NCBI GenBank assembly: GCA_964187785.1
Contig: OZ076409.1
Span: forward strand, 47,556,001 to 47,620,000
Direction of reading: 5' to 3'
Length of the DNA stretch: 64,000 nt
Source: Amphiscolops sp. MND2022
Taxonomy: Eukaryota
The notes beneath the pieces are model-generated. The model saw nothing but the letters and a program-made list of their open reading frames with translations. It was not told where the DNA came from and did no database searches. Below, in pieces: positions 39,518 to 50,949 of the stretch. The stretch's first letter is position 1, and each line of letters begins with the position of its first letter. Both the position numbers and the translations under genes were made by a program.

Positions 39518-40965
39518 TGTGATAATCCTCCTCATCGGATTCTTCGTTAAAGATAACTGTTGCATTTAGGGTTGTATCATTTTGTTATATAGGTTTAGCT
39601 GGATGCCTTAATTCTCTCACTTCTGAAGCTTTGAGGGGGATTTCTTCGTTTTTAGAGTCTAGACTTTCATTATCAGATGCGTTAACTCCCATAGGCATTT
39701 TACCTCCGGATCCCGATGGGTGCATATTTCCAATTTCATTCATCTCTGATCTAGGATTGATTGCCATAGATGTGCCTTTACTAGTTTTTATTTCCATCAG
39801 AATCGCATCTAATTTGCTCTCCATTTCCTCTCGAATCTTAGTGATTCTGTCGTTGCTTTTCTGTTCAAAAATCTCGGTCCATGCTTGGATTTCATTACTG
39901 ACTTGGCTAGGTTCAGCTAGTGTGGGTCTCAAATCAGCTTCACCTAAACATTCTTGACTTTGCAAATTAACATTAGTTAAAGTTTCATTACCTTGTCTTG
40001 AGTTTCAACACGTGTTTCACTTGTTTCTCTCTCCGGGACGGAGTCTCTAACCTTCTGGACCTTCGATTCCTCCTGTTTCCCATTTTGCTCAGGAGGAAAA
40101 TTGGGTTGAAGTGCAGAAAGAATTTGAATTTTTTTCGTCAATGTTGTGAAAACAATTCGGGTGAAACAAGGAGTTATCAAGGAAACCGCTTTTACAGTGA
40201 GTTTGGTTTACTGTTTCGAAGCAACTGTCTTTGATACTAGTTATATTTCAACTGAAGTATACTGCACTTTTTTAAATGAAAAAAATCATAAAGCATGACA
40301 CTCAATTTTAGGGCTGTCAGTGATTCAAAAGTGCTATAAATAGACTAACATCAGGGTGACGTAAGTCTATTTATAACTTACAAATAGTGATTGCATGACT
40401 TCCCATAATCTAACTGTACGAAAGCAACAAGTCCCTGGAAAACCGTAGGAAGCCGCATATACGTCATCCAATTTTCCGCATAGTGACGTATGATCAACTC
40501 TTATTAAAAGCACCGAAAATGCATGTTATAAGCACAAATGCACAGTGTGACGCATATACGTCACTCGGATTACCGCATAATGACGCATACTCATCAACAC
40601 TAAACTCACATATTAACGTGTTATTGACAATCTGTTCACAATATTAGTTCAAAGATAGCATCAAACCATTCTAAATCCAAAGTTTGATATTGCATATGAT
40701 CAATCATGTCAACAAAAGATGAAAGCATCAATGTTTAGGCACTTGTTAAATTATGAGCGTTGCACTATTAAGACTAATATCTTTCATGACTTTTCCGAAA
40801 CACGAACTGAAAACTAAAGCAACATGAAAAGTAAAAACAGAGAAGTTTCGGAATGTTTAAGAGTTTCAGGTCTTTAAGTTGCTCGTCTTTCCTTTTGGAG
40901 ATGATGTACTGTTGTCGTTTAGGGTTGTTGCCCAACAACTCCAGCACAGCTGTGGGGTTGTGACA
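39518..40965 (-). repeat. 3' LTR of element C (contains a gag-N copy from ATG 40083)
   Basis: Long direct repeat with 52063-53311. MGNRRNRRSRRLETP... begins at 40083 on -. Confidence 0.9.
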
Positions 40966-41945
40966 GTCCTGCACTTTTAAACGAGAATAGTGCAGCTTCA
41001 AAACCATCAATGAATGCATGGGATCATACACCGCGGTCCCTCACTGTCTCGGCATCGTAGGCGGTTGCTATTAGATACTCTCCCAAAATTTCCAATGCTA
41101 TTTGGTCATAGCATTTTCCGCATCAATCGCAGAAGCCTGCCACATTTGGCATCACAGTGGGGAACAATCTGTGCATTTGTCTCTCACTGGGCGGGATAAG
41201 TAACAAATTAGTGCTGTGTCCCACATGGAAGGGGAAGTTGAGTAGTTGATGATTGTTTGTGACGGGGGTTTGCTGAGGCATATCAATCCTTCCCCCAATT
41301 GGATGTATTTGTATCATCAATGGGGCGTTGTTGTAGATCACCATATTATCTGCCCATTGTGGGTTCACATTGGTAGGGATTATCATTTCTTGTTGGTTGT
41401 AGTTACTAGGGTATTTTGTTTGCTGATGATTGTTAAAGCATTGGGTTGTGGCATCTGGAAGTTACTTGCATTAGCCTCGAAATTTGGTGGGTAGGGTTCG
41501 ATTGGCCTGTTCACAGGTACACTTCTTTATAAATTGTCACGTGGCGTTGGTAAAATAGCTGCCGTCGGCCTCCCATAGCTGTTTGTTGGACCCCTGCCCT
41601 GTGCGGAGACTCCCACGGTGACATTGGAGAATCCTCTAGTTCAGTGTCAATGAACGAGGTTGATGCGGATCCGTAATTATATTGATCTTCTTCCATCAAA
41701 TCCACTAACTGGTGCTCAATTCGGGTCCCAGGGATGTCAAAAATCTCGTCTTCCTGAGATGGTCTCGTTGGGGCGGGGAACAGAGAAGCTGTTGCCGCTC
41801 CCACGAGGGCAGTCATTACATCTGATCGAGGGCCACCAGGTATAAATCGATCATCTATCTCTGACAGATCTCCCGGATGAACAATGAACTCATCTCCCGA
41901 GTCACTTGAGACGTCGATTATCGCGGGGGACAAAGATGGTAGCAT
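40920..41945 (-). pseudogene. Accessory sense ORF3 of element C
   Basis: IIDVSSDSGDE near the N-terminus. Hand translation of 41150-40920 gives FCD*CGKCYDQIALEILGEYLIATAYDAETVRDRGV*SHAFIDGFEAALFSFKSAGLSQPHSC, which aligns with A's CLICGKSVKQIQDEAVIDYLHKTA..ESPEQFNARRLAFLEG...GGVSQASAS. Confidence 0.7.
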
Positions 41946-42899
41946 TAATTCTTCCTCGAGATTGAATTATAGGTTATCCCTTGGTTGTGTATGGTTAAAT
42001 AGTTTCAAGAGAATGAAATTTATGAGTTTCGCCTATTCGAGGCTATTTCGATTCAGATTGAGGTTCGCTTCAGCTGAGTTACTGCTTCTGAATTTGTTGT
42101 AAGACCTTATGGCGATTGTATTTTCTGCTCCTGTTGTTTTCGGAAATTCCCGCGGAAAAATTGGGTGTCATGGGTTTTACCTCACCTACCTTCCTTATAT
42201 AGGGTTTGAGGGGTTACAGTCCGATAATTCAAAGAGATGCGATTGATCCGCTTCCGTCAACGAGGAGTAAAAAATTCAGTTACAAGTGTTTCTCTCGGAT
42301 TCATCTTGAAACATTAATCCTCTTGCTGCTCTTCACTTCCTTGAATCGATGTTTTAAAAGATTTACCAACACTTTTCTTCCTAATTAGGAAGGTAAACTA
42401 AGTTTACAATATAACTTTCACTCATGAGATTTTGAACAGGGTTTATTCATTCAAAATTACTTGACTACGTTTGAGGAAATAAATGAAATATTGCAAAAAA
42501 TTCTAATTACACAAACCAAATATTCAAACATAAACTTGTCTTTCCAGTTCATTTATGACCTCACCAGTCCTGCACTTAAAAAGTGCGCTAGGGACCTGTA
42601 ATTAGCAATTCATATCATACATTAGTTTCATAAGGAGCATCAAAAAATATACTTTTGAACCTCAGGAAATCATAATTCCCGGCGAATTTGGGTTTTATCA
42701 ATAAACACATAGGTGTATTTTCATGCTTCTAATGATGGTTATCTAATAGTTTACCATTTTGCTAAAACAAGTCCGCCTCAATCACATGTATTGCACATCT
42801 CGCCACGTAGTTATGTTTGACTTCGAGCTGGCAAGAATGAATTTTATTACGTTATCTCTTCATTGACTATTTCTTTCTTCACTGTCCACTGGTGTAATA

Positions 42900-43055
42900 A
42901 ATTCCGCATAGTACCGCATACTCAGCATCTTGTAATTCCGCATGACGCCGTATACTCGGCACTCGTAATTCCGCATGATGCCATATACTCGGAACTCGTA
43001 ATTCCGCACAATGCCGCATATTACTATATCTGGAATCTATTTTTCCGCATAATGT
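42900..43055 (+). repeat. ~33-bp tandem repeat (about 4 copies) rich in CCGCAT
   Basis: Unit approximately GTAATTCCGCATGAYGCCRTATACTCGGMACTC. Confidence 0.85.
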
Positions 43056-44001
43056 CATTTATTGAACTTGTAATATTGTGTAAAAACTGCATACTCTCTT
43101 CGTTCACTCTTGCTTGTAATGAGAATGGGTGATGAGTCATTTGTTTGTGTCAATTATGCAATCTTTCACTCTGGCAGAAGTGATTGACATTTAATCGACC
43201 AATCAGATTTGAGAACCACTCTATTTTCGTGTACGATATCTGTCACATTTTGCTCTTTTGCCTGTACTTGTACGCCACGCCTTTTCAATTTCATTCATAT
43301 TATTTTTGAAGGAGTATAGTCATAGTCCGTTTCTTTAACAATTATCTCTTGGAACTTACGCCCCTGATTTCTTCCAATCACGCATCAAATTTGTATTACC
43401 TTTATCCTGGATTGGATCACCGCTTACCAAATTTAAATTGTCGGTCTCCTTTACTTGGGATGAATTCTTCCAGTCGGAGAAAATCACGGAAGGACCAGAT
43501 TTCGAGACGAGTGCCAGGATCGTGGGGGTACAAATTTCCTACTGAGACTTCTCCAGGTTGGTTCAACTTTTGTTTTAAGTTTTAATTTGTAGTGAAATTT
43601 GTTTTGATTGTGAGATCATCATGCGGAGCTGGCCAGCCTTGGCAAAATGGAGTGACTAGTTCGCGTTAGTTAGGTTGTTTGATTTAGTGTGGAAGTAAAT
43701 TTGCCACACATTGATTTTTTGAAGCGCAAGTAACTTTGCAGTTTTTCACCGCGTCCGTTTTCAAAACTTATTTCGAGGCTACTTCCTGTAATTTTTTTGC
43801 ACTTGCTTCCGCTTTAAGCCTTTGAAGTTGTTTTAGTTGAACTTGGAGCGACTCAGACGTCACCAGCACGGTCACTGACAAAAGTTTACACGCCTCTACA
43901 AGCTGTTTCCCCCAACAAATCAGAATCTTCCCGAAATTTTACCAGTTCAGGAAACTTCCACAGGAAGTAATGAAGGAATAGAGCGAGTTCTTGCTACCAG
44001 T

Positions 44002-47000
44002 TTGGATGAGTCTGCGGGATCGGGACAACTTCCAATCCAAGATACCACCAATGGTTCTCTAGAGATCCCAACTGAGGAAATTGAATTGTCTGATAAGACT
44101 GTTACTGTGACGGAGGACAACAATCAGACTTTGTTGACTACCCCTGCACCTAACGTTGGAGAACAAACACAAGATATTTTTACCACTAACTCTACTCGCT
44201 TTACTGAATTCATGAAGATGGTCCAAGGGGATACCACTTCTAGTCCAAAACTGAATAAGCCTGATGTTTATCAACCTCTCAATTCTTCTGCCGGAGAAAA
44301 TCCAATCACTAACCCGACGGAAGAGGAAAATAAGGAAGACAATGTGGAGCTGCTTGACTCCAATGAGAGTAACCCTAATACTTCACCTGTCGGCGACTGT
44401 ATTGATTCCGAAGCAGAACCAGTGCAACTAGTCACTGTCACCCGACAAGAAGTTTTGGCACTTTCAAGCGTGTTGGACAACATTCCACGGACTGCCTTAG
44501 TGAGAGGGGACCTTGAAGTTTCAGACAATATTACCCTTACTGTTGTCGGACAAGTGGAGAATCCGCCGGTTCAAGATATGCAAAGTACTAGTCAAGGTGA
44601 ATCAACTGAACACCCTCCTGTTGGTTTGCGCCCGCAATCCAGTTCTGAAGAATTTCCATTGGCTCGAGGAAAAAAGCGAAGGCCTAAGTTTTCGCTAACC
44701 ACGGCCATGTTGAATAAACATCCAGTCGTACCTTACTTCGCCACTGGACCACTCGACAGAAGCAAGAATCCATACAAATGGTGGTGTCGAGTTTGCAAAA
44801 TAGAGCTGTCCCTCATGAGCAGAGGGGTTTTGGAGTTATTATCTTTCCCATTACAAAACTGAGGCTCATTTGACTAAAGAACATAGGATCCGCTTGGAGA
44901 CTCCTGGATTACCTCTATCCGACCAGGAGGAGAATGAATTGCGCGGGATAAGACTGCAAGAGGCAAAACGAAGAGCTAGAGAAGCACATCCCATTTTTTC
45001 CCAATTAGGTGGATGCCGGTTATTAGTTGGGCAGGAGCAGTTGCCAGAATTCAGCTCTGCTACCAGTCCTAGCGATAATGTTCTGGCTCAAATCTGTATT
45101 CTTGAGAACGGGTTCCGCAATGGTGGACGTGTAGAGGTCCTGCTGGGTCTCTGGGAGGATATGACACGGTTGTCCCCAAGTAGCAGCGCCCAAATTACTA
45201 CTTACAAGTGGAGCAAGCATCGCATCTATGTAAGTATTTTTCTGCTCCACTCTTAATCTACTCATGTTTAAGTTTCACAATTTTACCTTTTGTTTAGGCT
45301 ATCGTCACGTATATGTTCAGAGAAGTAATGCACTCCTGTGTCGTGACTACTGAAACAGCTGGAATTTGTTCTTTATCTTATGAGAGCTCCCTTACTAGAA
45401 ACTTCCTTTTCCTGAGTTTTTGGTCAGGAAACGTCTATTACCAAGTTTGTCTTGGATCCGGACCCCGTGGGTTACTGTTACCCAAAAAGCTTCTTTCTTT
45501 GCTCTCATCTTACTTCAGTTCATCAGAGAATCCACTATCTTGCCTTTGTCTTGTTAAATTTGACGAAAGATTAGCAACTTGCCTTAATCGATCGCTACAT
45601 GAAAAAGATCGTCCCATGGTTATCAACTGGTTTGGTTTCCACTGAGTTAGAGAAATGCCTTGCCATGCCAACATCCTGAACCCTTGAGCGACACAATTTC
45701 AGGACGATAATGGATTTTTTGCTCATGAAATTGAGAACAGCGCTGGATCAGGAATGGTTACAGTCGATTCCTGTGTTGCATTAGGTACATTTTTTTGTTT
45801 CACTCTATTCGCAATATGCTGATGATTATTAATATCCTGACTTCTTTCTTTTCAGTGCGTAACACACTTGACATACACTCTAAAGGAGGCTTCATCCAAC
45901 ATTGCCCTTTTAACTGCACATTGGGACAGGGTGTTGAATCATCTAAATCGAGTTTCCCGTTTGCCAACCTTCCGATACCACATGCGTGAGGTAATATTTC
46001 GCTTTAGGCGTCTTCCGAAGTCATTATCAATTCATCGATTAACCATTTCACTTTTAGCCCAGTTTTCTAGACGAGTGTTTCCGGCTTGATACCGCATACT
46101 TGGCCTGGCTTTTCGTCATCCGCTGGGTCTTGGACCACTGTTAGTATCCTTTTATCTTCCAGTTTTCACATATCTTGGCTTGCTAGTCCATTCCACTTGA
46201 TCCCGTTGTGCACTCATATCAATCATATCGTTTTTCATTGTAGTTTCACTTTTATATAGGTGTGGCTTGTGCTTTTAATTAGGTCTCGCTTCTTTGAAAG
46301 CCAATACATTGGAACCGCAGGATGGCGTATGTACGTCACCCTTTTTCCGTATGATACCGCATATGCGGCGTCCTTGTTTCCGCAGGATGCCGCATATTTG
46401 GGTGATAGGTAGATTGTAAAATAGCCAAAACCGTAGTATGCCGCATATTCTTTTTGTATATTCCGTGCTATACCGCATAGTGAGGTTATTGACACCCTGT
46501 CTAGGCAAGGCCTGTGATTTTTACTTTGCCGTTTTGAGTGGTTTTGTTATTTGTGTTTCAAAAAACTCATCATTTTCTGAAGTACAAACTGGATATGAAG
46601 CTGGGTTTCGCCTGTTTAACCAGTTTGCGGTGTTTGTTCACTCCGAGCTCCAAAGCATACTTCCAGATAATTTTCTCGGCAGTGTCTCTGACTGCGACAG
46701 CTATCTGGAGCTTGACTTAACTCAACCTGATCTTCCTTTCAAAAGTTGCGACGAGTTCACTTTGAATACTGATTTCCATGATTTAGTGACTTCAAGCAAG
46801 CTATCAAGACCCAGCAATTTTATCGAGCAGTCAATTGCCTTTTATAATGCGTTCTGTCAGATTCTATTGCAGCATAAGATCGCGACTTCAGATTTAATCA
46901 GAGGTTTATCCAGTTTTGATTCTGCTATGATGCTCAATGGTGAGGAGAAAAATTATCTGCCTGCAATTGAAATGCTGATAACTTATTTTGCCACACACAG

Positions 47001-47480
47001 CTGGATTACAGCTAGTGACAAGACAAAAGCTGTGAGCCAATAAAAATCCTTGGTTACAAATTTTCGTTCAAGTCATGATGATTGGTTTGGATTCCTTTGT
47101 TCCTGTTATTAATTCATTGTCGGCCAGAGCTTTATTGGGTATTTTAGTACTTCTGTCTCTGTTTACCACCAGAAGCAAAGATCACCAGTCAGTTTGTTGT
47201 ACCTATGCCGGAACTAGGACCCCACGAAGAGGTGTTTCACTCGTGTATTGCTAGTATTCAGATGGCTTACAAAAGTGTCCCGAACGTGTCAAGCCTCTTT
47301 CAAGACCCCCACTCGCTCAGTCAGGTGTTTCGTCTTATTGGACGAGGACGCGATTTACTAGACAATCGCAAATTTTCCTTTTGGAATTTCCTAAAAGGTA
47401 GCAGGCCAAGGCGTGTCAGGTTCCAGTCTAAATTGGAAAATGCGTATAAGAGTGCAGTTGTAGGGAGAGAAGAAGATCCT
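44002..47480 (+). pseudogene. Antisense spliced accessory gene of element C
   Basis: Acidic N-terminus, then FATGPLDRSKNPYKWWCRVCKIELSLMSRGVLELL; ICSLSYESS...FLSFWSG; FYNAFCQILLQHKI..SDLIRGLSSFD. Introns 45230-45297, 45785-45855 and 45991-46057 (GT..AG). Start position approximate. Confidence 0.8.
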
Positions 47481-50400
47481 TCCCATTCCGGACAAATAAG
47501 GTGTTCTGTCCATTGGAGATCATTGTTTATGCGTTTTGTTTGGATGCAGAGTTGGCAATTACTAACCCAATTTTGATGTATTTTGCCATACAAGGGTAGT
47601 AATATTTTTGTCGCGCTTCTTGAATCATTTTGGTCATTCCTGGGTGGTTTGAGTTATGACCATGTAAGGCCTAGCGAAATTCGTCTAGGAGTTGAATTGG
47701 TAGAAGGATTTGGTAATGAGCTATGCTTCCAATGTCTGTGTAGTATTTCCTTGTGAGAACTTCCTGTTTAATCTCTATTCTGGTTATGTTTTGAAAGTAG
47801 TGCTGATATCGGTAATCTGATGCCAGTTCATTTTCGTCAAAAGTGTTTCCTTCTATTTTTGCTCTCAGGTTTCTAAGGACTATGTCGTTGTTCTGATCAA
47901 GGCGGATTCTTGCATTGTCTCTGAATTACCCTGATGATACTGAGATCAACCATGATGTGGGTTTGTGAAATTGTTCTAGTTCGGAGATGGCATTTTCTAA
48001 GTCATTGTGTGTATCGTTTTGGGCTTGATTTCGAACGTTTTGTTTTCCTTCCCATTATTGATTTCAACAAATTCATCATCTGGAAGAACATAGATCTGTT
48101 CTTCTTTACAATGTCGGATGATTGACAATTCACATCGATCGCTTCCGTGTGAATATCATTGCGAATAGTCATTTCCGGTTTTTCGGTTGGATCGACTTCC
48201 GTTCTATATAAGAAGTCGGCAGCGGTGTTCATTGATCCAGCAACATGGGCGATCACGAAATTGTATTGTAAGACATAATCGCAGGCAGTCCAGAGTGCTG
48301 GAGGGATCATTTTTGTTTGGAAAAATTGGTTAACAGAACGATTGTCTGTGAACACGATTACTGGGAAGGTACTACCCCACATGAGGTGTCCAAATTTAAC
48401 AAATGCAAAATTTATGGAAAAAAATTCCTTTGCATAAATTGACATTTTTGTCTGTGTTGGATTGAATAGTTTTGAACAAAACGCTATGGGTGCATATGTT
48501 TTTCGTTTGGATTAGAGTTTCTGGTTTGGGTTGTCTACAATCATGATAGCATATCCTGCTGCTGTGAAACTTGCATCGGACATGACTATAAGTTGCTTGT
48601 TTTTCAATGGTTGTTTTAATGCTAACTGGCAAGAATTTTCTAGAAGTTTGTTGAGGTTTGTGAAGTCTTCTACCAAATTTGTCGGTACATTGAATTTGGA
48701 AGTTTCTTTGGGGAGTTTGAAGAACGGAGAGAGCCGTTCCGGAAGGCGTGGTATATAGTTTCGGTAATAGTTTAAAAATCCTATATACCTCTGTAACACC
48801 TTTTTTGATTCGGAAAAGCGAAGTTTTGAAAACAAATCCTTCACTTTGTCGGCTTCAGGGGTGACTCTTTGTGGTGTGATTGTACGTCCCAGAAAGTCGA
48901 CACTTGTTTGACTCCGAAGTGGTATTTTGACATGGAGAGTTTCAGCCCTGCGTATGCATTCAAAAACAGTTTTGATATTTGTACACAATTGTTTTGTGTC
49001 ATTTGCCGCTATGCCAATGTCCGCTTGGGCACGTTGGTCCGCTTTAATTGCTCTGTCCAGGTACTCTCTCATAAAACTCGAAAATGCAGAAAGTGATCTG
49101 CTGAGACCTTGGGCCAGACGATGATAAGCAAATGTTCGGCTTGCAAATTAAAGGCGAGCATTTGAAGTGATTAAATATCTGCCATTTGAAGGCAGTGGTG
49201 AGAATGGGAGCAATCCAGTTTGCAGAAAAGTTTTTTCCCTGCCATATGTTGGGCTGCATCCGATAGGGTGGATTCCGGATGGTTGTTATTGACATAGTCT
49301 TCAGTGATGAGGTTGTTGACTTTCCGTATGTCGACGAGGAGTCTGAGGCGCCCGTTGGATTTGCGTTGTGCAAAAATTGGCTGGCATTTTCGAAAAGTGG
49401 TAAGGTTGTGATGATACCGTACTTGTGTAGAAGGGCAAGTTCTACGGAGATATCATCCTTGAGTTTAATAAGATATGGCAGACTTTAGCTGTAAGCAGGT
49501 CTGTCATCGTTTGGGGTTAGTTTCACTTTAAATTCACAATTTATGCCAATGTCAAACCGGTGTCTGGCAAAAACATCGTGAAATTCAATGAGGATTTCTT
49601 CAATTGCTCGCTGTTCGTCTGGGCTGCGTGTTGTGTCGGTCCAGACGAAACTTGGAAGAAATTCTTTTCTGGAAGTTGTATTATCATGTGGGTTTATTTT
49701 CTCGAGTTCTTTGAGTTCGAGGAGTTCGTTGCAGATACGTTCCTAAATTGGAGTGTAGGTTGCTGGATCACCTGGTTCTTCAGGGGTATGGAACCAGTAT
49801 GTGTCCTGTTCTGAGTTTGATTTGGGGACTTTTAGGAGTTCATTCAGGTAGACTTCCGTTGTTTCCTCATGTTGATTCATGAAGGACAGTAACGCTGGGT
49901 CTACTGGCTGTATGCGTTTGATTTGCTCCGATGTCAGTATCTTGAAATCCGCTAAATGGTTATCAAGGGTTATTGTATATGGTAAATCAGAAAAAATAAT
50001 CCGATAGCATTGTTGTTGACGGTACTGAGTGATGCAGTGATGAAAATGCTATCATGGGTTTCAAACTGATGTGATGGGGTGACTATTCCAGTTCCGTCAT
50101 AATCCATCAGATAGGGCATTTTGCTTGCAATGGCGAGAGTGTCGCCTGGTTGTATGGTATATGTATCTTCAGCAAACAATGGTGTTGCTTGTCGTGTTGA
50201 TGTTTGAGTGTCAGGTTTGAGCTGCATTTAAAGATAGGGGAAGGTTGTGATTCCTTGGGTGACATCAAAAACTGCGTTGTTCCTGCGAAGGAAACACAAT
50301 CCGATTAACGGGTTTGGTAATTTTTCATGATGATGAAATTTTATTTCAAGATGAAATCAGCCACTTCAAATTCAAGTTGAACTGGGCCAATTGGGATTTC

Positions 50401-50700
50401 TAGTTGTCCATTGGCCACCTTAATTTGAAAGTTTGGTGGAGGACCAGTTTCTTTTATTGCTTCAATTGCTAGCGACTTGATATTTTTGAGGTTTTGCTCG
50501 GAGATTGCTCCGGTATCAATAAGACCATCAAGTGTGAGTTTTTCGAAGTCCATTGGGATGTAGTACATGTGGCGTTTTCTCTTCAATGTCAAAGAGGTTG
50601 AAATTGGGAGATATGACAAATTTCGTTCTTCGTCAAATTGTATATGTTCAGAGATGGTTGTTTTCATCATCGCAAGAAGATTTTAATGGGAGTTTTGTGG
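47481..50700 (-). pseudogene. pol: Gypsy pol (protease, RT, RNase H, IN Zn finger only)
   Basis: LDGLIDTGA (PR). MREYLDRAIKADQ...DFLGRTIT (RT). VMSDASFTAAGYAI and IVFTDNRSV (RNase H). NWVSNCQLCIQTK (IN Zn finger), truncated at LICPEW. Confidence 0.93.
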
Positions 50701-50949
50701 TGAATATCTGAGTTTGAGTTGGTTTTGGGGTGGGTTGGTTGTTTTCTGAAGTAGTTGTCTGGTGCGTCTTGAAGAAGTTCGTATAGTTCTTCGAGTGAAG
50801 TTGCCAGTGTTGATTGTTGAAAATTTTGTGTCGTTGAGACGGTGTCATAAGCTGGTATTTTTGTGGGTTTTGGGCTCAGATGATGCTGCCAGTCATCAGC
50901 TGAGTTTGGTTTTTGTGGTGATTGTGTGTAAAGGCATGGCGTTTCTAGT

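Noticed and set aside
42900..43055. 33-bp repeats as CRISPR
   Set aside because: Head-to-tail tandem units with no spacers, inside a eukaryotic retrotransposon.
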